From the human T2T-CHM13v2.0 reference genome, Homo sapiens, in assembly GCF_009914755.1 (NCBI RefSeq), contig NC_060947.1: a stretch of 64,000 nucleotides of DNA; one strand, given 5' to 3'. Positions 55,402-64,000 of this stretch are shown piece after piece. The number at the start of each line of letters is the position of its first letter. Position 1 is the stretch's first letter. The translations under genes and the position numbers were made by a program. The notes beneath the pieces are model-generated. The model was not told the origin of the DNA. It saw nothing but the letters and a program-made list of their open reading frames with translations, and did not search any database.

Positions 55402-56726
55402 TCTTTTTATTTTCTACTTTTATTTTTTAAATTTTTATAGGTAAATAAGGTGTATATATTTATGAAGTACATGAGATGTTTTGATACAGGCAAGCAATGT
55501 GAAATAAGCACATCATGGAGAAGAAAGTATTCATCCCCTCAAGCATTTATCCTTTGAGTTACAAACAATTGTGCTAGTACCTAAGATGCAAGTCAAAGTC
55601 CCCTTTACTTTTCCCTCTGCTTTTCTCAAGCTGAAGGAGTTTTGCCCCATAGCCACTGCAACTGGTAGTGTGCTGAGTCTCACCTGAAGCCAGGAAGTAT
55701 CAGAGGCTTACCCAAGGCCCTTGGGGCAGTATCTGGGTATCGCTGCTGGTTATTCAGGGCCAAAGGGCTCTTCAGTTAGCAGGTGATAAATGCTGCTGGG
55801 ACTGGGTGCTTTCCTTCAAGACAGCAGGTTACTTTCTGCCCCAGGGTGTGTCTAGTAATGTTTTCTGGGAGCTACACCCTGTAACAGGGGCCTCACCGAA
55901 TCTGACTTATCGTGCTGTGGCTGAAATGGTAACCAAGATCTGTAACAGGGGCCTCACCGAATCTGACTTATCGTGCTGTGGCTGAAATGGTAACCAAGAT
56001 CCAACACACAGTGCCCCCTACTCTTCCCCCTTCTCTGCTCAGGTGGATGGAAGGGGTCTCTTTTGGAGCTGTGAGCTGTGCAGCCTAGAATTAGGGCAGT
56101 GGTGATGCCAGCACTCCCTTGGCTGCCCCATCTGGTGTCTCAGTAAGTTGTGTGTTCCCCCAGTCCAGTGTCTCTCAACCTAGTTCAGCACTAGGACTCA
56201 CCTAAGATTTGCAGTCCTTATGGCCTAGACTGCCTTTCAAGTTTACTCAGAGACACAAAGCACCATAACTCTAGGTGATGAGGTTTGTGGAAATTCAAGT
56301 TCAGACCACTGGGACTGGTAATTCCCCTAAGGCCAGGGCTGGTTTAAATGAACCCTCAGCGAGCAGGAGTCATCTGAGTTTGATTCAGTTTTCCTTTCTG
56401 CTGTAACTGGACATCATAGAATTCAATACCTCACAATTGCTGTTCTCTCCCTCCCCCAGGGCCAAGAAATACTCTCCACACCACCAAGCACCCCTACTCA
56501 GGGTGGGGGAGGCATGGCATCTGCAATTTAGGACTGGTTTTTTTGTTTTTTAAAAATCTATTCAGTGCCTCTTTTAGTGATATAAAGTTAAAACCAAGTA
56601 CTCTGAGTGTTCACCTGATTTTTGGTTCTTATGAAGGTGTTTATTCTGTGCAGATAGTTGTTAAATTGGTGACCTTGCTGGGGGAACAATTGGTGGAGCC
56701 TTGTATTCTGCCACCATGCTCTGCCC
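55402..56726 (-). mobile_element. Internally deleted L1MA1/2-like element: ~1.15 kb of 5' UTR fused to the last ~170 nt of the 3' UTR
   Basis: 3' tail 55402-55570 joins 5' UTR sequence at 'acaaacaatt|gtgctagtacctaag'; 5' end at ~56726. Confidence 0.88.
55879..56000 (+). repeat. Perfect 61-bp tandem duplication
   Basis: ctgtaacaggggcctcaccgaatctgacttatcgtgctgtggctgaaatggtaaccaagat twice, with no mismatch. Confidence 0.97.
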
Positions 56727-56790
56727 AGAGGTTCTTAATGTTTGTTTGTTTTAGCTTTACTAGAAATTCCCCTTTATGTAATGTATTAAT

Positions 56791-56904
56791 TTTTTCTTTG
56801 AGACAGAGTGTCACTCTGTCGCCCAGGCTGGAATGCAGTGGCACGATCTCAGCTCACTGCAACCTCCACCTCATGGGTTCAAGTGTGAGCCACTGAGCCC
56901 GGCC
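56791..56904 (-). mobile_element. Alu with both ends intact and a ~170-bp internal deletion
   Basis: Junction 'ggttcaagtg|tgagccac'; TSD tatgta(a/t)tgtattaattt on both sides. Confidence 0.93.
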
Positions 56905-57892
56905 TATGTATTGTATTAATTTGATCCATAAAACCTGGACAATAGAAAATCACAACATTCATTAGACCAAAGATGATCACCAAAATTTAAAAATAAAGAG
57001 ATTTCTTAACACTAGTGCAGCAGCTCTTAGCACTAATGCAGGTGAGTCCAGACTTTCAAATAACCAACTTACACAAGACATACACAAACAGGATTCTGAG
57101 CCTTAATTTTTCTATTCTCAGTCTGAAGTCCTGATGTTACTTATTAATCAAGACATATGGTAAAAAAAATCTTAGAACTTTTAGAAATTATTCAGGTTCA
57201 GTTGTAGAAGAAAAGAAAGAACTGTTAATGGCAGACACAGTTTCAGAGAATAGATTTCAGGACAAATTCCCAGAAAAATCCAGCCTACCTGTGGTTGGTC
57301 GCCTGCCCTAGATTTTGCCTCCTCCTTCCTACTGCCTTTCTACTTTTATTTTAATTTGTCCTACTGCCTGAATTAGGGATTGGGGACATATATTTTGGAA
57401 ATGAATGTAACTCTTGGAGAATTACACTTTGACATGAATTAATTCAATAATATACATTGCTCCCGATTAACTGTCTAAGATCAGCTGCTCTGTTTTTTTG
57501 GGATAATAAAAAGTAATTAATTTTGGCACAATGCTGAAGGGGGAAATTCATGGCCACACAAAGTGAAGAACTTCTAAAAGGAGGAACAATAATAAATGTT
57601 TTAACAGGATATGAAGCAACCATTCTTTCCCCTTTTATCACCATTTCCCAATCAAATACCACATGATCCTTTACTTCCTACAACTCAAAATTCCATAAAA
57701 TATGTTTAATATAGCTATATTGTTAGCTAAGTAATTATCAGCCATTTAGCCAAGTAAATTGATAATCACTGACAAAATTGTCTGTTAATTCGTGGTCATA
57801 AGTAATTATCATAGTTGTTAAAATACTCAAAGTCTGCATGTCCAGCACTTTCTCTCCCTATAAGCATTTACATGGAACCCAAGTCAGAAAGC

Positions 57893-58085
57893 TGGCAGGA
57901 GAGAGAGAGCAAATGTGAAGGAGGAACTGTCAAACACTTATAAAACCATCAGATCTCATGAGAACTCCTTCACTATCACAAGAACAGCATGGGGGAAACC
58001 GCCCCCATGATCCAATCACCACCCACCTGATCCCTCCCTCAACAGCTGGAGATTACAATTTGAGATGAGATTTGGATGGGGACAT
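57893..58085 (-). mobile_element. MaLR LTR fragment (THE1D/MSTA-like) lacking both termini
   Basis: 'ataaaaccatcagatctcatgagaact...cccccatgatccaatcacc...gagatttggatggggaca'. Confidence 0.88.
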
Positions 58086-59299
58086 TACTGAAAATGGAAT
58101 AAAACAAGGGTTTGAAGGGAGCTAAACAATTCTCTAATTCAGTCCTTTCTGATACCACTCAAATGTTTAAACCCTTATATATGTATTTCTCTCCTGAAAA
58201 GAAGTCTCTGTCTGCGCTCTCAAATAGGTTTTTATATGATTAAATGAGAATTCAAATAGCTAATTGCTGCTTTTAATCAGGTTTTCCTAACTTGTTTTGG
58301 ACATAGGTGCAATTTTATTTATTTTTATGTTCAGCTGAATGATGAAATTAAACTTCAGCTCAGCTTCAATGCAAATATGAACTTCATATGATGTGCCCTA
58401 TCCTGTGCTAAGTGCTACAACAGACCTAAAGCCATTGTATCAGAAAGGGTTAGTTCACCATTTAGTCACAATCCCTACTGCCCAGGTCAAATCTAAGTAG
58501 CTCCTTGGGCATGATTCCTGCTGGCCCTTCCTTGGACATGCCATGTAATTTGTAGTTTACCGTGCATTTTTGGTAGCTTGTGACAATCCAATGCTGTGGA
58601 ATGGAAGAATTCATTGTCACCATCAGGAGACAAACAGACTTAATGGGTCAGGTTCTTCAGCTAGCAGAGGACAATGTGAAATCAAAGCCATTTCAAAGCC
58701 TAGGAAAATTGAACTTTTTTTTCAACTTGACAGCTTCTAGACTCAGACCTGGTGTATATGAAATTAAAGCTAATAGATGTCTTCACTTAAAAAGTAAGGT
58801 TGAGATTTCTGATTAATCTATTGATGGGTGAGCAAAATTAGGACAAATCCTATCTATCCTAGGATAGCCCACTGGATGTAGCTATAAACATTCTAGAACT
58901 GTACTCAAGGAGGTGTTCAGTGATCCAAGGAAATATTAAGACATCAAGCCACCAAATTAGTGCCTCAATTGAAGGCTGAGGTTTAGTTTTGGGACATACA
59001 GGGTCAGTTGGAATGAAAACCTGGGATGTGGATTGATTCAATGCTTTCCTGAGGGATGAGTTTCAGGAAGTAACTCATTCTGGGTTTAGACTCCCCAGGT
59101 GAAAGTATCTGCAAGCTTCTAAATTGAGGACTAACTGAATTTCTAATACAAAACCCTCTACCAAATGAACCACTATTTCTAATAACCCAACTATCTCTCC
59201 ATACTGGCATATGCTTCCTCAAGTGACAATCAGCTGATAGTCAGCTCATGCCATTTAACCCTGCTATCTACAACTATATTTATCTCTTTCTTTTCTTTG

Positions 59300-59770
59300 A
59301 CAAACTCAATTATAGAGTCAATACATGCTGCCTGTCTCCATTTCTTCTCCACTTTTCTTCTTTTTTTTTTTAACAGATGACTTCTACCCTTGCCATTCCA
59401 TTGAAATAGCCTTCTCTAAGGTTGCCAGATATTTTATGTATTTAACTCTTTTCCTCTGTCTTTTTTTTTCATTCTCATCACTGCACTATCCTTTTCCTTT
59501 ACCTATCTCTGCTAATTTTTCTGTCTCCTTCACTATTACTTTCCTGTTCCCCTTCTTAACTATTGGAGACCTGCAGTCCTAATCTTTTTGTTTGTTGGCT
59601 TTTCACTCTCTGAGAAATTTAAGCCATTCTAATGGCTTCAATTATCAGTTTTATGCAACTGATTCTCATATCTTGATCTCTCTTTTTGATATTTCTCCCC
59701 AATTCCAATCTCATTAATGTAGCTAACGGGCAGTTCTATTTTTACATTTTGATGTCCACTTCACAAAGAG
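59300..59770 (+). mobile_element. Degraded L2 fragment
   Basis: 'ttccattgaaatagccttctctaaggttgcca' and 'ccattctaatggcttcaattatca...tatgcaactgattctca'. Confidence 0.55.
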
Positions 59771-60018
59771 ATTCACATGGAACCTGGATGAGAGAATAGA
59801 GAATCAAGGGAAGGACAATTGATACAATTTTTCAAGTAATAGGGAACCTAAGAGTTAAAACATATAATTTCTAAGTTGAATATCAAACTATGTTATTATT
59901 CTTGTGCTTATCCTTAAATGAACTTGAGTATTTTAATAAGGCTTCACTTTCTTTCAGTTTCTCTGTGAAAACAAAGCTATTCACATTCTGAGTCAGCCAA
60001 AGGTGGTTTCTTATAGAC

Positions 60019-60036
60019 TATATATATATATGTGTG

Positions 60037-60080
<44 letters not shown>

Positions 60081-60102
60081 CTATATATATAGAAAGAGAA
60101 AG
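60019..60102. repeat. Compound (TA)n/(TG)n/(GA)n microsatellite
   Basis: tatatatatata tgtgtg tatata...gagagagaga...ctatatatatag. Confidence 0.95.
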
Positions 60103-60110
60103 ACGATATA

Positions 60111-61575
60111 TGTTATGGTTTTGCTCTGTGTTCCAACCCAAATCTTGTCTCGAATTGTAATCCCCACGTGTCAAGGGAGAGACCTGAGGGGAGGTGATTA
60201 GATCCTGGGGTGAGAACTTCTTCACTATCACAAGAACAGCATGGGGGAAACCTCCCCCATGATCCAATCACATCCCACCTGATCCCCCCCTGGACACCTG
60301 AGGATTACAATTTGAGAAGAGATTTGGATGGGGACATGGAGGTAAACCATATCACCCTCCCATCACAGACCCAGAGGCCTATGGGGAAAAATGGTTTTGT
60401 GGGCTGAGCCCAGGGCCCTGCTGCTCTGTGCAGCCTTAGGACATTGTGCCCTGTGTCCCAGCTGCTCCAGCTGCAGCCATTGCTAAAGGGGGCCCATGAA
60501 CAGCTCAGGCCATTGCTTCTGTAGTTGCAATCCCCAAGGCTTGGGAATTTCTACATGGTGTTGAGCCTCTGGGTGTGCAGACGGCAAAAATTGAGGGTTG
60601 GGAACCTCTGCCTAGGGAAACGTGGGGTTGGAGCTCCCACACAGTGCCCCACTGGCACAATGCCTGTGAGAAGAGGGCTGCTGTCCTCCAGACCCCAGGA
60701 TGGTAAATCCACTGAGAGATTTCACTGTGCCTGGAAAAACCACAGGTACTCAATGCCAGCCCATGAAAGTAGCCATGGGGACTAAACCCTGCAGAGCCAC
60801 AGGGGCAGAGCTGCCTTGGGAGCCCACCCTTTGCATCAGCATGCCCTGGATGTGAGACATGAAATCAAAGGAGATTATTTTGGAGCTTTAAGATTTAATG
60901 AGTGCCTTGCCAGGTTTCAGACGTGCATGCGGCCTGTGGCTCCTTTGTTTTGGCCAATTTCTCCCATTTGGAAAGGGATCACTTAACTAATGCCTGTATC
61001 CCCATTGTATCTTGGAAGTAACTAACTTGTTTTTGGTTTTGCAGGCTCATAGGCAGAAGGGATTTGCCTTGTCTCAGATGAGACTTTGGACTTAGGCTTT
61101 AGAGTTAATGCTGCAATGAATTAAGGTTTTGGGGGACTGTTGGGAAGGCATGATTGGTTTTGAAATATGAAAAGGACATGAGATTTTGGAGGGGCCAGGG
61201 ATGGAATGATATTGTTTGGTTTTGTGTCCCCACCCAAATCTCATCTTGAATTGTAACCCCCATAATCCCCACGTCAGAGGGACCTGGTGGGAGGTGATTG
61301 GATCGTGGAGGCAGTTTCCTCCATACCCTTCTGGTGATATTAAGGGAGTTCTCATGAGATCAGATGGTTTAAAAGTGGCAGTTTTCCCTGTGTGCTCTGT
61401 CTCTCCTGCCACCTTGTGAAGAAGGTACTTTCTTCCCCTTCACCTTCCACCGTGATTGTAAGTTTCCTGAGGCTGACCCAGCCATGTAGAACTGTAAGTC
61501 AATTAAACCTCTTTTCTTTATAAATTACCCAGTCTCAGGTACTTCTTCACAGCAGGGTGAGAATGGGCTGGTACC
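60111..61575 (+). mobile_element. Rearranged MaLR provirus (THE1D/MSTA-like): 100 nt of 5' LTR, an inverted LTR piece (60211-60354), 3' internal region, and 3' LTR 61207-61575
   Basis: LTR starts 'tgttatggttttgctctgtg' and 'tgatattgtttggttttgtg'; MaLR internal motifs 'cccatcacagacccagaggcct' and 'gtctcagatgagactttggact'; PPT-like 'gaggggccagggatggaa'. Confidence 0.9.
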
Positions 61576-62224
61576 CTAACCATGGTAGGAGGTATGGGAA
61601 ATTCTGTCTAGGCAATCATGTGGTCCAAGGCCAGGAACATCAGAACTTAGTACTTTATAGGGGGTAGTTTTCTGATAATTATTTTTTGCTTCTCTTATTA
61701 TTTTATATTCAGGTTTCTAAAAATTTGTTTTCAATTTATTTTAGCAGTTTAAATTGTGTTAAGAAAAATAATTAATTATGATATGATTTTAAAATTTATT
61801 GCACAGTACATTGGTGTCTCATCATATTGTGGAGGGGTTGGTTCCTATGTTCTAATGTCAGCACTTAAGGTAAAATTATATTTGGGCAAAATTATCCTTT
61901 AAAATCCCTTAAATTGCTGTGACCTGGGCCCCTGAAAGTTAAAATTACAGGAATTAATTAATTTTGTTTCTCTTTGCATTTTAGTTGTGGCTTCCCTTTT
62001 CCTGGAGCTAGAGAGGGCAAACTCAATTTTGGTCTAGTAAAGGGAAGTTGGGGAATTGAAATGCTGTAGTTTAAATTTGTTTATGGCAAGGCCTCACTTC
62101 TCTAGGATAAATTCCTAGAGTGAAATTTTTAGTGAAACTTCTGGGTCAAGGAATCTGTGAAGTTTAAATGTTGATATATAATGCCTGCCTTCCAAAGTAA
62201 CAATTTCAAAATCCTAATAAGTTT

Positions 62225-62622
62225 TGTTAAAGTAAATTAAAATGGAGTCCAGGCCTAAAAAATCCCTACATAGACAAAGCTAGTTAGGTCTCATCAGTGA
62301 TCCTAACCTTGCTTGATTCACAAATGTAAGAGGAACTTGGACAATTTCTTATGATGGCCTATATCAAAGAAAAATGAAACCTAAGCTCTACCAATCAGAA
62401 GTCTACAACTAACCTATCTAAGGGAACTTTACAGCAGTAGAGGCCAAATAAGGCAACTGTAAAACTAATGAATCAAATATTTTCTTTGCTTTAGTTTATG
62501 TTTATCTTTTAAAATTTTCCCTTTGTGTTCTCTCAGCAGAGACCCTGAAGCACTTCTGGTTTGGACCTGCCCAATAGCTGTTTTCTCTATAAACTCTGTA
62601 AAGTTGTATTGTGCCTGAGACA
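62225..62622 (+). mobile_element. ERV1-type solo LTR (LTR54-like)
   Basis: Starts 'tgttaaagtaaattaaaatggagtccaggcct...agacaaagctagttagg'; CCAAT at ~62391; ends ...CA. Confidence 0.7.
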
Positions 62623-62774
62623 GATGGTATGAACATACTTGTTCCCTCACACCCTCACCAACACTATATTTCTCAAACATTTTAATCCTTGCAAATATGA
62701 AAAATTATTTATTTAAATTCACCTTTCTTTGATTGTGGGTGAAGCTTAATATCACTTAACAGTTATAAACCACG

Positions 62775-63005
62775 AGAAGCAATATAGTATGTTGGCTAAA
62801 AGCATATCATATCTTAACTCCCCGATGAAGCTGGAAAACATTACTTAACTTCTCCATCCATGCCTTAGTTTCTTCATCTTTACAATTGGAAAAATTATAA
62901 TATACACCTCAAAGGGTAGTTTAAGAATAGAAGAAATTAATCATGCATATGTAAAATTCTTAGAAGATCCCTGACATGAGGCGAATGATCTTTAAATATT
63001 ATTTA
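62775..63005 (+). mobile_element. MIR SINE
   Basis: 'ttacttaacttctcc...ccttagtttcttcatctttacaattgg...cacctcaaagggtagtt'. Confidence 0.7.
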
Positions 63006-64000
63006 TTATTTTAAAAAATCAACTACCTGTCCACATATATTCCCCTTTTTCTATTTTTTTAATTAAAATATTTTATCTGTCATGAATATCACTTATTTCC
63101 TCCATTCTGTAATTTGACCTTTATTTTTGATTATGGTATATACATTTTGAGTTTTACATTGACATTTACATTTTTGATCCATTTTGTATTTATTTTGGCG
63201 TAAGACACTTGTTAAATACATAGCTGTATTTTTTCTCACAAAGGCAGTCAGCTCTTCCAACATAATTTATTTGACATTCCACCATTTATCCACTGATTTT
63301 AATTAACATGTCCGAGACTAAATACCTGTGCCATTTACATTTATTTCTGTACCCTCTCTTGTGTTTCACCACTGTGTCCGTCCCTTAATCACAGTATAAA
63401 AATGTTTTAATTACTGTAGCTTTATGATACATTTTAGATAAGGTAAGTTTAGCCTTTACTATCCTGGGTATTTTCTTGGGTATAATCATGTACTTTTTTT
63501 TAACCTGCAGAACCAGCTTACCTAGTTCCAAAAATATGCTCTCAGTATTTGTATTGAGATTCTTTTAGGAGATTTTATTTCCTGTTCATAAACAAGACAT
63601 ATCGTTAAATTTATTTATATTTATCCACAAACAAGGTATATATTGATTAAGTTATTTTTATGTTTTTAATAGGACTTAAACTTTTCTTCCTTGTGCACTT
63701 GTTATTTTTCCTAGAAGTTTTATCTTTTGCTTTTTAATTGCCTACATAGCTATGTGTATATTCCTTTTCTCATTCCTTACTTTGCATATTTGATATTTTT
63801 GTATAATATACTTGACTAGGCTAGCGAGAGCATTATACATTTTACTGGAATTTTCACAGAACTACATATTATAGTACTTATTGTTTTTTTCTGCTCTCTA
63901 AATCATATGTTTATGATTTAATCTTTTCTAAGTATTTCTGTTTTCCTTGGATCTGTTTTGTCTTTTGTTTGCTCTTTTGAGTTCGGGTCTAGGTAATATG

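Larger units (their letters stand above)
62090..64000 (-). mobile_element. Very old L1 (L1ME/MD-like) fragments, interrupted by an LTR and a MIR
   Basis: 'ctaggataaattcctagagtgaaatt', 'cacaccctcaccaacact', 'ttttaattactgtagctttatgatacattt'. Confidence 0.65.

Noticed and set aside
55560-55590. Spliced L1 (SpIRE) as the explanation for the mini-L1
   Set aside because: The homologous sequences in sister L1s show no GT donor or AG acceptor at the junction.

Overview
This is gene-poor, AT-rich primate genomic DNA, most of it transposable-element-derived. AluY, L1PA3, an L1PA2-like tail and HERV-H point to a hominoid, probably human or another great ape. I see no intact cellular gene, RNA gene or CRISPR array; every recognisable ORF is a decayed retroelement fragment or comes from low-complexity sequence. 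Main contents, in order: (1) the 3' half of a class I ERV (pol RNase H/integrase, env, MER41-type 3' LTR whose TATA region carries a ~29-bp minisatellite); (2) a near full-length L1MA on the minus strand; (3) a 5'-truncated L1PA3; (4) a 5'-intact, 3'-deleted L1MA; (5) a full-length L1PA15/16-like element with a 12-bp TSD, hosting an MST LTR, an Alu and a two-LTR HERV-H provirus that lacks its PBS and leader; (6) an internally deleted L1MA, plus MaLR/ERVL/LTR54-like LTRs, MER2, MER5, MIR and L2 relics. The strongest signal not explained by the TE annotation is a cluster of short (125-355 bp), direct, non-tandem local duplications, each 0.6-2.3 kb from its partner and of different ages, some with microhomology and patchwork filler at the junctions. 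These look like recurrent templated-insertion repair scars. I cannot support a new biological system beyond that. Subfamily names come from recalled consensus motifs and mismatch counts are by eye; both need RepeatMasker/Dfam and alignment confirmation.
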